From Longimicrobiales bacterium (GTDB lineage Bacteria > Gemmatimonadota > Gemmatimonadetes > Longimicrobiales > Gaopeijiaceae): DNA of 64,000 nt. The notes below the pieces were generated by a model. It saw nothing but the letters and a program-made list of their open reading frames with translations, had not been told where the DNA came from and ran no database searches. Location of the stretch: positions 1,053,852 to 1,117,851 of the forward strand of contig CAXXKM010000002.1 in NCBI GenBank assembly GCA_963664435.2. The letters are read 5' to 3'. The position numbers were made by a program, and so were the translations under genes. Shown in pieces: positions 30,271-40,153 of this stretch (position 1 is the first letter of the stretch; every line of letters starts with the position of its first letter).

Positions 30271-31476
30271 ATGATTGGGCGTCGCCTGTGGCTTGCGAGA
30301 ATCCGAGAGGCATGGTCGGAGAGACCTGTCGTCTGGCTGTCCGGTGTGAGGCGGGTCGGCAAGACCTCGCTTGTCCGGATGGTGCCGGACGTGGTCTACC
30401 TGAACTGCGACCTGCCTTCCACCAGGCGTGCTCTGGATGACCCCGAACTCTTCCTTGAGGGCCAGAAGCCGGGTACGTCGCTTGCGTTCGATGAAGTACA
30501 CCGCATTGCCGATCCCAGCCTGCTGCTCAAGATCGCCGCCGACGAGTACCCGGAGCTTCGAATCCTGGCGACCGGCTCGTCCACGCTTGCCGCGACGGGG
30601 AAGTTCCGGGACTCGCTGACCGGACGCAAGCGGGCCATCTACTTGTGTCCAGTGCTGTGGGAGGAGTGCGAAGAGCCGTTTGGAATCGCGGACCTTGACC
30701 GTCGGCTGCTGCACGGTGGACTGCCGGAGTCACTTCTGCGGCGAAGAAAATCCCCGCACGCGTTCGCCGAATGGATCGACAGTTTCTACGCCAGGGACAT
30801 TCTCGAGCTGTTTTCGGTCCGCAATCGCCAGGGCTTTCTCTCGCTGTTCCGCCTGCTGCTGAGATGGAGTGCCGGGCAGGTCGACTACAGCCGGCTGTCG
30901 CGGCTGACGGAGCTGAGTCGACCGACAGTTAAGTCGTACATCGAAGCTCTTGAGATCGCGCACGCCATTCATCTTCTGCGTCCGTTCCGGGGTGGAGGGG
31001 GTGGCGAGATCGTAAGCCGTCCCAAGTGCTACGCATTCGACACGGGTTTCGTGACCTTCGAGAAGGGTTGGACCCGCGTCCGCGAAGACGACCGCGGCCT
31101 GCTGTGGGAGCACCTGGTGCTCGATTCCCTTCGGTTTCGCCACCTGGGCGAAAACATCTTCTACTGGCGTGACAAGGCGGGACGCGAGGTCGATTTCGTG
31201 GTGCGCCGGCAGGAGGGACGCCTGGATACGTTCGAGTGCAAGATCGATCCGGATGAGGTCGATCCACGCGCGGTCACTGCGTTTCGGCGGCGGTATCCGG
31301 AGGGGAGGGACTACGTCGTGGTTCCGGTTGTGAAGCGGCCTTACCGGATCCGGCGGGGTGGTCGGGAGTTCGCGGTGTGCGGGACGGGCGGGTTGCCTGG
31401 CGGTGGGGTTGGGGACGGTTCCACCGACAGCCTCGACCAAGGAAGGGAGGCTCTCGGCGACGACCTCAAGTCGTGA
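30271..31476 (+). CDS. AAA_14 ATPase with C-terminal DUF4143 (PD-(D/E)xK-like)
   Basis: GVRRVGKT, FDEVH, TGSS, YWRDKAGREVDFVV..FECK. Confidence 0.88.
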   Translation: MIGRRLWLARIREAWSERPVVWLSGVRRVGKTSLVRMVPDVVYLNCDLPSTRRALDDPELFLEGQKPGTSLAFDEVHRIADPSLLLKIAADEYPELRILATGSSTLAATGKFRDSLTGRKRAIYLCPVLWEECEEPFGIADLDRRLLHGGLPESLLRRRKSPHAFAEWIDSFYARDILELFSVRNRQGFLSLFRLLLRWSAGQVDYSRLSRLTELSRPTVKSYIEALEIAHAIHLLRPFRGGGGGEIVSRPKCYAFDTGFVTFEKGWTRVREDDRGLLWEHLVLDSLRFRHLGENIFYWRDKAGREVDFVVRRQEGRLDTFECKIDPDEVDPRAVTAFRRRYPEGRDYVVVPVVKRPYRIRRGGREFAVCGTGGLPGGGVGDGSTDSLDQGREALGDDLKS

Positions 31477-31543
31477 TCCAGTTCGGGACCGCTATCGGCT
31501 CTCGTTCGGATGGCTTGGCTCGATTGTTCCGGTCGCTGCGGGT

Positions 31544-31729
31544 CTATCTCCGGTCGTTAGCGGTATCCGATGCGCGACGACGAATAACCTTCAATTCCTT
31601 TGCCACCCTTTCGATGATCGCCTTGGCGCGGTCGCTTCCCAGGAGTTCTCGGGCATCGACTGAGTGACCTCCACCGGGCGTGTGGCGGACCGTCCGTCGT
31701 TCGGTCTCTCTCGTGTCGGCGTGGGTCAT
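31544..31729 (-). CDS. small hypothetical protein (61 aa)
   Basis: GAGGAGG RBS before ATG, just downstream of the PIN gene. Confidence 0.45.
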   Translation of the reverse strand: MTHADTRETERRTVRHTPGGGHSVDARELLGSDRAKAIIERVAKELKVIRRRASDTANDRR

Positions 31730-31757
31730 CGAGTGCCTCCTCGGTTGGCGCTCAGCT

Positions 31758-32237
31758 TTAGCGAGGCTGTTGGTCGACGTATTCGTATCTCAACCACACG
31801 CCGTCCAAGTGCCCAAAATCTCTGTCGGTCGACAGGAGAATCGCACCGGTGACGTGAGCGGTAGCAGCAATCCACAGGTCGTTCTTCGACATTCGAACCG
31901 CTGGTCTCGGAGGAGCTGCTCCCCCCGGGGCGACTACCGGGATTCCGCGGCTCCACGCGTCAACTTGGGCGTATGCTCTAAGAATGTCAGGATCCTTGAT
32001 CGGGAGATCGGGGAGTTCCGCGAGTGTCCTTTCAAGGTTGGTTCTCTTCTTCGGTCCCCAGCCGTTCCGTTCTGCGATGGAGAAGATCTCACCTATGCAC
32101 ACCACGGACGTGAAGGAGATGACCGCGGGATCGCCCAAACTGAACTGGTCGTATACGCGACGGGCCCAGGAAGCTCCTCGTGCAAGTCCTAGCAGGATAT
32201 TCGTATCCAGCAGGAAGCGCCGTATCGTGGCTGGAGA
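31758..32237 (-). pseudogene. PIN/VapC-like nuclease with no canonical start codon
   Basis: frame reads RFLLDTNIL...GE...KNDLWIAATA...LSTDRDF; in-frame stop at 32238-32240 with no ATG/GTG before the DTN motif. Confidence 0.65.
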
Positions 32238-32272
32238 CTAATCCAGTTGGGCCAGCGGATTTGAGGCAGCCA

Positions 32273-32395
32273 GAATCACGGCAGAAAATCGTCTAACTGT
32301 ATACAGGACTGCACGATCTGCGTTTTCTGCCGTGGTACTGGACATTGCTGGACCGAGCCGCGAGAGCGGGAAAAGCGGACCTGAATGGCGGGATT
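32273..32395 (+). repeat. conserved junction site, copy 1 (putative att or element end)
   Basis: core AATCACGGC..TCGTCTAA..GGACTGCACGATCTGCG..CTGCC; internal 12-bp inverted repeat 32277-32288/32323-32334. Confidence 0.75.
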
Positions 32396-32534
32396 CCCGC
32401 GCCCGGCCGCCCCTTCGCCGAAGGTACCGGAGAGCCCACCTTGCGCATGTCTCTATCGGTCGCGTCGTCCAAGATCCGACGCTCCGACCTGCCCGGGTGC
32501 TGGCGTGGGAGACCGCAGGACGCACGGCGATTAC

Positions 32535-32566
32535 GGCGATCCCCACCCCCCGGAGTGGGGATCGCC
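32535..32566 (-). terminator. hairpin downstream of the outer-membrane protein gene
   Basis: 12-bp stem GGCGATCCCCAC / GTGGGGATCGCC. Confidence 0.5.
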
Positions 32567-32594
32567 TTCATGCCCACCAGCCGTGCAAGGTCGT

Positions 32595-33227
32595 TCAGCC
32601 GATGGGTATGACCAAGCCGGCCTGAACGGTCAGGTTCCGGGTCTTGCTATCGTCGTCGTCCACCGAGGCGATCCCGAGCGAGTAGAGCGCATCGAGTCCC
32701 AGCCGTAGGCTGCCGGACAGAGGCAACTCGATTCCCGCGCCGACGGCCAGCCCGAAGTCCAGGGTCTTGATGTCGAAGTCCGAGAAGTTGCGATCGTCGC
32801 ATGGCGCGACGGCGCTCATCCCTTCGAGAGTGCCCTCCACCTCGCATGAGCGCTTGTAGGCGGCCCAGGGGCCAGCCATCAGGCCGACCGAGACTCCATC
32901 GCCGGGCGTGGCGACTCGCGCCAGGGCGGAGAACTGGAGGTAGTCGATGTTGAGCGTCACGGTGCCGCCTCCGATGGTGCCCCGGCCGCCCTTCTGAGCA
33001 TACGAGCCGCCGAACCTCAGGCTGAACGCGCCGGAGACGGGAACACCGAGTTCCACGCCCGCGGCGATACCGGATACGGACTCCTCCTCGACCCCCGCCT
33101 CCTCGATGGAGACGGTGGCGAAGCCGACCCCGCCCTTCAGGCCCAGAGTGGTTTGAGCGGTCGCCGGGGCGGCGATCAGCGTGAAGGCGACCAGAATAAA
33201 GATCTTGCGCATGGCGGTATTCTCCAT
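32595..33227 (-). CDS. outer membrane beta-barrel (porin family) protein
   Basis: signal peptide, GLKGG, YAQKG, DFGLAVGAG, YSLG. Confidence 0.8.
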   Translation of the reverse strand: MENTAMRKIFILVAFTLIAAPATAQTTLGLKGGVGFATVSIEEAGVEEESVSGIAAGVELGVPVSGAFSLRFGGSYAQKGGRGTIGGGTVTLNIDYLQFSALARVATPGDGVSVGLMAGPWAAYKRSCEVEGTLEGMSAVAPCDDRNFSDFDIKTLDFGLAVGAGIELPLSGSLRLGLDALYSLGIASVDDDDSKTRNLTVQAGLVIPIG

Positions 33228-33435
33228 TGGTTGAGTGTAATGGGTGCCCGAGGGACCGTAGCGGGTTCCCGCGGATCACCTCTCAACGTAACGTCACCGC
33301 CTCGTGGCTGTTGTCGGAACGGAGAAGTTGTCCTTGAGGGTGTTTGGAACGGTTCCGCTAGATTACCGGGCCGCCGAGGTCCGGCGGTCCGAGTGACGAC
33401 ACGCGGCCCTACACCTTGCCTGCTTGGAGAACCCG

Positions 33436-34350
33436 ATGTCCCGTCGGACACTTGAGGACATTCCGACGCTTCGCGGGCGCACGGTCGTCGTGACCGGCGG
33501 CAACACGGGACTTGGCTTCAGATCCGTCCGCGAGCTGGCCCGGAGGGGCGCGCGGGTCTTCTTTTCCAGCCGCAGCGCGGCCAAGGCGCAGGCCGCCGCC
33601 GGGGTGATTCTGCCCGACCTGCCCGGCGCGAGGGTCGAGGGCTTCGCGATGGACCTCACCGATCCGGCCAGCGTCGAGCGTTTCGCCGGACGCGTCGCCT
33701 CCCGAACGGACCGCCTCGACATTCTTCTCAACAACGCGGGCGTGGTGAATCTCGCCGAACTTGAGCGCACCCCGCTCGGGCACGAAATGCACATGGCCAC
33801 GAACCACTACGGCCACTTCCTGCTCACGGGACATCTGTTCGGGCTGCTGGCCGCGACATCGGGCGCGCGGGTGGTCACGGTGACCAGCGGCGCGTACCGG
33901 GCGGGCGTCATCGACTTCGACGATCTGGATTGGAGCAGGCGTCCCTACAGCCGCTCGAAGGCGTACGGCGACAGCAAGCTGGCCAACCTGTTGTTCGCGC
34001 GGGAGCTTCAGAGACGGTTCGACGCCGCGGGCGCGGCGGCGCTGTCGCTCGCGGCCCATCCGGGCCTGACCGGGACGGAGCGCCAGCAGTCGGTCGGCAT
34101 CGGCGGACGGCTCGCCCGCCTGCTGGCCGCCCCGATCCACGTCGGAGTGCGTCCGCAACTGCGCGCCGCCACCGATCCGTCCGCCGGGAAGCTGGACTTC
34201 TTCGGTCCCCGGTTCGGGCTGAGGGGACCGGCCCGCCGCATCCCCGTCCGCGGACCGGCCCGCAGCGACGACTTGGCGCGCCGCCTCTGGAAGGTCACCG
34301 CGAAGGTGACGGGGTTCCGCTATCCGACAGCGGCGCGCCGGACCGAGTGA
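33436..34350 (+). CDS. SDR oxidoreductase (retinol dehydrogenase-like)
   Basis: TGGNTGLG, NNAG, YGDSK. Confidence 0.92.
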   Translation: MSRRTLEDIPTLRGRTVVVTGGNTGLGFRSVRELARRGARVFFSSRSAAKAQAAAGVILPDLPGARVEGFAMDLTDPASVERFAGRVASRTDRLDILLNNAGVVNLAELERTPLGHEMHMATNHYGHFLLTGHLFGLLAATSGARVVTVTSGAYRAGVIDFDDLDWSRRPYSRSKAYGDSKLANLLFARELQRRFDAAGAAALSLAAHPGLTGTERQQSVGIGGRLARLLAAPIHVGVRPQLRAATDPSAGKLDFFGPRFGLRGPARRIPVRGPARSDDLARRLWKVTAKVTGFRYPTAARRTE

Positions 34351-34354
34351 AGGC

Positions 34355-34927
34355 CTACGTGGTCACTCGGCCCTGGAAGTAGCAGAATCCGCCGGCCCTG
34401 GTCCAGAACGTGACGTTCGTCAGCCGGTTGGATCGAACCTTCACGTATTGCACGGTCAGGCTGCTCTTGTTGGTGTCCGGGTCGTAGGTCCAAGGGGAAC
34501 CGGAATGGTCACCGTACCTGCTCCAACTCGTTCCCGCGATGTAGTAGCAGGCGTTCGTGTTGATCCCAGTTCTGCCGTCAATGGCCTTGCAGGCGCCCCC
34601 GGAGAAGATGCCGACGCCACGGGAGGAGGTACCGCCCGCAGGAGGAACGGGTGTCGCGTTCGTGAAGTAGACGCGGAAGTGATGGCCGTGGCTGGCGGTC
34701 CGCCCCGGCACCGTCACGTTCAGAGCACCGCCGGCAATGTTGGTCAGGTCGCGGTCCAGCGACACCTCGCAACTCCCCATCTTGGTGTCGGCGGCGGCCT
34801 GCGTCGCGGCGAGCCTCTCGCCCTCGACGGGCATGGCGTTCTGGTCGGCGGGAACCGCTTCGGTCGGCAAGTCGGCGCACGAGGACAGCGCCACGGCGGA
34901 CAGGGCACAGAGGATGGTCTTCTTCAT
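34355..34927 (-). CDS. hypothetical lipoprotein
   Basis: lipobox LSSC; AGGAGAG RBS. Confidence 0.7.
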   Translation of the reverse strand: MKKTILCALSAVALSSCADLPTEAVPADQNAMPVEGERLAATQAAADTKMGSCEVSLDRDLTNIAGGALNVTVPGRTASHGHHFRVYFTNATPVPPAGGTSSRGVGIFSGGACKAIDGRTGINTNACYYIAGTSWSRYGDHSGSPWTYDPDTNKSSLTVQYVKVRSNRLTNVTFWTRAGGFCYFQGRVTT

Positions 34928-35500
34928 CGCTTCTCTCCTTGGGTCGGGGGGTGTTTGAAGTGGTTGATGTCAGATAGGTGAGCCCATCGGGCATCCTTTG
35001 ACACGAAGATCAGGCGGAACCTGTCGCCGGGATCCAATCCGCTGGGGATCAGCGCCCAGTCGTCGGGCACCACGGTGGCGTCCTGCTGCCGGGCCTGCAT
35101 GGCCATGGCGTTGGCTGCGACGGGGAGCGGTACGTTGGCCAAAAACGGCTCGGCTCCGTCGGCGAACGGTGCGGCGGCCGGGATCTCGCCGCAGGAGACG
35201 CCCGCAAGGCAGGCCAAGAGGAACGGGAACGCCCGAAGCGGGCGGCGCTCCGTAGGCGGCGGAGCCGGTTCGGTGCGGGGAAGGGTGCCGCGGGCGTCGC
35301 CGCGGCGGAAGGGATCAGGCGGAGAGGCTAGAAGTCGAAGGCGCTTCCATCGAGACGTACGACAGGCTCGGCTCGGCTCGGCTCGGCTCGGCTCGGCTCG
35401 GCTCGGCTCGGCTCGGCTCGGCTCGGCTCGGCTCGGCTCGGCTCGGCTCGGCTCTTAACGGTGCTGTGTAATCGATACCCATGGCCATGTCAACTTCCAT
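34924..35500 (-). pseudogene. frameshifted and 3'-truncated surface-protein gene with an SSR in its 5' end
   Basis: the ATG frame stops at 35315; another frame is open 35454-34924 and encodes a possible lipobox plus VPDDWALIPSGLDPGDRFRLIFVS. Confidence 0.5.
35365..35454. repeat. (GGCTC)18 simple sequence repeat
   Basis: perfect 5-mer tandem, 90 bp. Confidence 0.97.
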
Positions 35501-35735
35501 CGGTAAGGCGGTCTGCTTCTCGGACCCAAGAAAGATAACCGAGCGTTCCCGCCACGAGCAAACACTCCATGGGTGTCAATGGGTGATCGGGGCTCGGCAC
35601 GGCGAATCCGCGCTTGCCCACTTCGGGGCGTCCACATACGATCCTGGGCGATCCCCTGAGCCCGTGGATTGGCCGAAACCACCCCCGGATCAGCTTTCCG
35701 CACGATCCGCTTGGCGAGGGCCGGGAAGGCAAGGC

Positions 35736-36938
35736 TCATCGCTCGAACCCTCCCCCGCCTCGCTCGGGGCCTCTGGGCCGGCGAGGCCGGGGAATGGGGA
35801 TGATGATGCTCGGGCCGCTCTCTCGCTCCCTTGCCTCTTGGCGCTCCCTCATCGTCTCCCGCACCGCCCATGCGTTCCGCTCCGCGTCCACCAGCCTACT
35901 TCGATAGAACTTGCGCCAACGGCGCTCGATCTCCCGGGCTCTCTCGCCGTGTCCCTTGCCCAACTCGGCCCGCTCGTCCCTGTGGTACCGGTCGAGATCC
36001 TCGCGCCAGCCCTCGACCAGATCCTCCCGGCCCCGGATTGCCCCGGCCAGTTCCCTGAGCGAGCGCTCGAGCCGCCAGATCCGGAGCCGCCCGAGCACGG
36101 TGCGGCTCTCCCGGTCGAGCCTCTGCCGCATTTCTTCTTGCCGCCTGTGCAGCTCGACCCATTCCTCCCGCGCCCGGGTCTCGAGGTGCCGGAGGCTTCT
36201 CCAGCGCCCGTCCGCGACCGTCTCCCAAGCCTCCGCCTCGGCATGCCGCCATGCCGCCATGTCGACTTGATCCTCGCGGCGCGGCTTCCTCGCCCGCCGC
36301 GCCCGCCCGGGCTGCTTCCCCTCGCGACGGACGCGGGCCCAGTGGCGCGGCCGGTTCGACGGACCTCGAACCACCTCCTGGCCCGCCCGCCGCCGCTCGT
36401 TGTTCTCGACCCGCCTCTCGCACCGGATCCGGCCCTGCTCCCGCTCGTAGCCCTCGGCCCAGCGCGACAGCCGGAGCTTGCTGTTGCCCAGCTTCGCCGC
36501 CTTCCCGGTCTCCGGATCGACCCGGTTGGCGACCACATGAACATGGGGATGCCGGGTGTCGTCGTGCGCGACGACCAGCGCCTCGTGGCCCTCCAGCCCC
36601 AGCGCCTCCATGCTCCCGTCCACGGCGCGGCTCATCTCCCTCCGATCCGGCGTCTCGTCCTGCGCCCAACTGAGCGAGTAGTGCAGCACCGGCTTCGCCA
36701 GCTTCCGCCCCCCTCGCGCCGCCCCCGCCAGCCGCTTGAGATCGGGGGCCGCCTTCGCGGTCGCTGCCATCAGCCGCGCGGCCCGCTCCGGCCGAAACGT
36801 CGCGAGGTTGCGGGTGTCGGCCCACGCGACCCGCTCCGATGTCTCCGGACTCCGGTCGTCCGGCGTCGGGGAATCGTGCAGACAGTATGCCGCGGCACCG
36901 GCGAACGAGCGCCCCAGACTGTTGATCTTCGGGATCAT
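35736..36938 (-). CDS. MOBP-type relaxase (MobA/VirD2-like)
   Basis: GRSFAGAAAY, PVLHYSLSW, HDDTRHPHVHVVANRV. Confidence 0.9.
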   Translation of the reverse strand: MIPKINSLGRSFAGAAAYCLHDSPTPDDRSPETSERVAWADTRNLATFRPERAARLMAATAKAAPDLKRLAGAARGGRKLAKPVLHYSLSWAQDETPDRREMSRAVDGSMEALGLEGHEALVVAHDDTRHPHVHVVANRVDPETGKAAKLGNSKLRLSRWAEGYEREQGRIRCERRVENNERRRAGQEVVRGPSNRPRHWARVRREGKQPGRARRARKPRREDQVDMAAWRHAEAEAWETVADGRWRSLRHLETRAREEWVELHRRQEEMRQRLDRESRTVLGRLRIWRLERSLRELAGAIRGREDLVEGWREDLDRYHRDERAELGKGHGERAREIERRWRKFYRSRLVDAERNAWAVRETMRERQEARERESGPSIIIPIPRPRRPRGPERGGGGFER

Positions 36939-37279
36939 CGGTCCAGCGCCTCGCCGCTCAGCAGATCGGCCGCAAGCTCGCCCATCCGCTCGACCGCCTC
37001 CAGCGTCCCGTCCGGCGCCGAAGCTCCGGCGTTCAGGGCGCGGGCGATCTGGTTTAGATTGACGCCGATCCGGTGGAGTTCGACCCGCTCACGGGCACCG
37101 AGACGGTGAACGGCCGCCTCGCGGACCGGCTGCCCCAGCGCCCTGCGGCGCATGTAGCCGCCCCTCGTCATGCGGGCCGCTCCGGCCCGCTCGGCGATCT
37201 CCGCGGCCTCCGCAGTCGTGACGCGCACGCCGATCGTGCGGGTCCTGCGCTCGGCGTCGGGCTTCCGGGGACGGGCCAT
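36935..37279 (-). CDS. MobC relaxosome accessory protein
   Basis: RHH-like IGVRVT; ELHRIGVNLNQIARALN; ATGA overlap with the relaxase. Confidence 0.9.
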   Translation of the reverse strand: MARPRKPDAERRTRTIGVRVTTAEAAEIAERAGAARMTRGGYMRRRALGQPVREAAVHRLGARERVELHRIGVNLNQIARALNAGASAPDGTLEAVERMGELAADLLSGEALDR

Positions 37280-37324
37280 GTCGGGCGGCCTCCTTCGGTG
37301 GCGCACGGAATGTCGTTCGGGGGT

Positions 37325-37376
37325 CCGGGGGCAACCCCCCGGCCAGAGGTTTTCGTGAAGCGAAAACACATCTGGC
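37325..37376. other. candidate oriT
   Basis: nested inverted repeats GCCAGA..GTTTTCG / CGAAAAC..TCTGGC upstream of mobC. Confidence 0.5.
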
Positions 37377-37485
37377 TCCACCACAAACCGCAGAAACCAA
37401 CGCCCCCGTGGCGCGCCCGCGCGAAAGCGGACCGGGCCGCCAACTCTGGACGACGGGCGAGCCCTGCGCGAGGTTTCAAAACAGT

Positions 37486-37501
37486 GCAGATCGTGCAGTC
37501 C
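37486..37501 (-). repeat. inverted 16-bp core of the junction site, next to the integrase RBS
   Basis: GCAGATCGTGCAGTCC is the reverse complement of GGACTGCACGATCTGC. Confidence 0.8.
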
Positions 37502-37523
37502 ATCTTCGAGGAGGAATCGAACG

Positions 37524-37700
37524 ATGGCACGCACGAAACGAAGTCGGCGCTCCTACGGCGCCGGAGAATGGGGCCGCAACCGGGTCAGGGTGTTTCCAGA
37601 CCCGAAGACCGGCCTCTTCCAGATCGAGTGGCGAGAGAACGGTCGTAGGCTGACCCGGTCGCTCGGGCACCGGGAATGGACCCGAGCGAAGAAGCAGATT
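37524..37700 (+). pseudogene. N-terminal fragment of a tyrosine-integrase-like protein (arm-binding-type domain)
   Basis: GAGGAGG RBS; MARTKRSRRSYGAGEWGRNRVRVFPDPKTGLFQIEWRENGRRLTRSLGHR; plausible protein ends at repeat copy 2; no catalytic domain. Confidence 0.6.
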
Positions 37701-37711
37701 GTCGCGGGCGC

Positions 37712-37833
37712 GAATCACGGCAGGGAGTCGTCTAACTACTTACAGGGCCGCACGATCTGCGCTTTCTGCCCTTCAACCACGGCGGCTTTGATCACCCGAA
37801 AACAGCAGGGAAATCGCCTCAAACTGCGGGAAT
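37712..37833 (+). repeat. conserved junction site, copy 2
   Basis: 50/59 identical to copy 1 (hand count); TCAAACTGCGGGAAT tail shared with copy 3. Confidence 0.8.
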
Positions 37834-37859
37834 TCCGTTCCTCTTTGGGACCTGCCGGA

Positions 37860-38063
37860 TCAGGGTGTCCGCCAGAGCCGCAGGGACGCAATGCCTCCAG
37901 CCGCCGAGGCGCTGCGCACGTACCGTTCGTCCGCCGTGACGAACACGCCCCGGAGGCCGAGCGCCACGGCATGGTAGGCCGCGTCGTAGAACTCGACACC
38001 GTACCTCACCGATAGGGACACGGCACCGGCTCTCCACCTGAGCGGGATTGCATTCGACGGCAT
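37860..38063 (-). pseudogene. C-terminal fragment of a PIN domain
   Basis: FYDAAYHAVA...FVTADERY. Confidence 0.6.
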
Positions 38064-38124
38064 CGGAGTTCAGCGGACGATCTGCGGGACGCTCGAAGAG
38101 CGGTCGAGTGGTCCAGACAGGCTT

Positions 38125-39462
38125 TCACCGCACCTCGACGGGCAGCCTCCTAACCACCACGCGGGACACGTCGAACTCGCCAATTTCGATGAACGCCGCC
38201 AACCCGTTCGGGCCGAAGGCGTCCGGCATCGCGGTCGCGCCAGAGGGATACGTTCCGACGTACTCGCCCGCTGCGGTCATGACGTCGATCGGTCCGTCGC
38301 CGATCAATTCGTCTCCCTGACGCATCAACCAGATCCGGCCTTCCCAAGTGGTGGAGAGGCTCCGCAGGACGGGAATCTCGTGATAGAAGGGCGGGTCTGC
38401 CAAGGTGAAGGAGGGCAACTGCGAAAGTGGCACTGCCGGAGGGCGCGCGCCGCTGGAACCGCTCGGTATCGAAATCGCATTCTGGGCGCGCTCGCCTCGC
38501 AGCTCCTTGTATCGCTCCTCGATTCTCGGCGTCACCGACTCGGGCCGGAAGGGCCGTGTGATGATTCGTGCCACGCCTCCCGTCGTTGAAGCAATCTTCA
38601 ACGCATAGGCCGAGGAGTCCGAATAGACGATGCCGCCGTCTGGAAGAACGCCCATCAGAAGTCCGGGCTCGAAGGTCGATGGCCTCGCAATGCCGCCCAG
38701 CATCTGATTGAGATCAGCACTGCCTGCCTCAAGCGAGACATTGGAGGAACCTTCAAAGAGGTTGACCGCTTCGCGCGGCGGGAGCCAGGCCCGCACCACC
38801 GTGTCGATTTGGACGGCTTCGGCACCGAGGTTCAAGCGAGTAATGGGCCGGTTGGTGGGCTGGTCGGACCCGGCACCGCCGATGCTCCTCGACATACCCC
38901 ACCACGCGGCGTAAACCGCGCCGCCCCGAGGATCGGGTTGAATGGGAGCCGAAGTCCTTATGCTGGCGCCCATGAAGGCACCTCCCCCATCCATGGGCGC
39001 TTCTGCTGGGGATCGTACCATCCGCACGAACTCCCCCGACGGATCGAAGATCTGGTAGGCCGCGTGACCCATGTCGCTCACGACGGTCGTGCCATCCCGC
39101 CAGACGGCGTAGTTCATGGGCATGTGGAACTCACCCGGCCCCTGACCGGAGCGACCGAACTCGCGGACAAAAGCGCCGGATGCGTCGAACACCAAGACGC
39201 GCAGTTCGGAGAACATCCCTCCGGCGCGGTCGAACACGTACAGGTTGCCCTGTGCGTCGAAGGCCAAATGGCTCACTTGGCCGAGCATCTCCCAGGATTC
39301 CCCCTCGATCGCGCCGATCCGATAGACCTCGTCAAAGTCGGGGTCGATCCGTTGATCCCGGCCCGTGACTTCGACGATCTCCTGAGCGAGGAGAGGGGAG
39401 GGGCCGACCAAGACGGCCATCAAGAGGGACGAGTGAATCGAGGCTAACCTGCTGGCGTTCAT
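38125..39462 (-). CDS. secreted 6-bladed beta-propeller (NHL/DUF5128-like)
   Basis: [23 protein letters not shown], signal peptide; AGGAGAGG RBS. Confidence 0.85.
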   Translation of the reverse strand: MNASRLASIHSSLLMAVLVGPSPLLAQEIVEVTGRDQRIDPDFDEVYRIGAIEGESWEMLGQVSHLAFDAQGNLYVFDRAGGMFSELRVLVFDASGAFVREFGRSGQGPGEFHMPMNYAVWRDGTTVVSDMGHAAYQIFDPSGEFVRMVRSPAEAPMDGGGAFMGASIRTSAPIQPDPRGGAVYAAWWGMSRSIGGAGSDQPTNRPITRLNLGAEAVQIDTVVRAWLPPREAVNLFEGSSNVSLEAGSADLNQMLGGIARPSTFEPGLLMGVLPDGGIVYSDSSAYALKIASTTGGVARIITRPFRPESVTPRIEERYKELRGERAQNAISIPSGSSGARPPAVPLSQLPSFTLADPPFYHEIPVLRSLSTTWEGRIWLMRQGDELIGDGPIDVMTAAGEYVGTYPSGATAMPDAFGPNGLAAFIEIGEFDVSRVVVRRLPVEVR

Positions 39463-39668
39463 CGGGGACCTCTCCTGTGAATGAATCGAAGGTGCCGAGT
39501 CGGGGCAAACCGCAATTGGACCGCAAGTTAGATGTTCGACTGCCCCGCAAAGGTTGTCCGCCACCGTGCATCCACGATCGATAACGCTGTCCCGGTCCAC
39601 CGAGGAGCTTCACTGCCGCGCTCGGAGCCGATGACGGCTTGTGAGGGCTCCGCCTGGACGTCGCACGG

Positions 39669-39690
39669 AAGTGTTGAGTTCTCAACATTT
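39669..39690. promoter_or_regulatory. palindromic operator candidate for the BlaI-family repressor
   Basis: TGTTGAG-TT-CTCAACA between divergent genes. Confidence 0.55.
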
Positions 39691-39769
39691 TTGTGTTACG
39701 ATTCCATTCGACCGTGAGTCCGAGTCGTGAGGACTGGGCGAGATATCGCCGAATGGAGTGCCAGGTATC

Positions 39770-40153
39770 GTGAGCCAACTTCCCCCGCTGAGCCGCCGCG
39801 AACGCGACGTGATGGACGTCCTGTACGAATTGGGCGGCGCCACAGCGGTCCAGATTCGGGAACGCATGGCCGACCCGCCAACGGACTCGGCCGTCCGCTC
39901 GATCCTACGCATCCTCGTCAACAAGCGACATCTGGAACGGACCCCGCAGGGCCACCGCTACGTCTATTCTCCGACGATGCCCGTGGTGCGGGCACGACGC
40001 TCCGCAATGCATCGGGTCCTGCGGACGTTCTTCGGAGGCAGCGTCGAGGGCGCGGTCGCCATGCTGCTCGAACTCGGCGAAGGCGACCTTACTCCAGACG
40101 AGCGCGAGCGCATCAAGAGGATGATCGATGAAGCCGAGGAGGATGGACGATGA
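39770..40153 (+). CDS. BlaI/MecI/CopY family repressor
   Basis: LSRRERDVMDVLY, SAVRSILRILVNK, TFFGGS. Confidence 0.92.
   Translation: MSQLPPLSRRERDVMDVLYELGGATAVQIRERMADPPTDSAVRSILRILVNKRHLERTPQGHRYVYSPTMPVVRARRSAMHRVLRTFFGGSVEGAVAMLLELGEGDLTPDERERIKRMIDEAEEDGR

Noticed and set aside
35365..35454. CRISPR array or RAEPS/LGSAR repeat protein
   Set aside because: Pure 5-mer tandem with no spacers; the peptide repeats are translations of the SSR.
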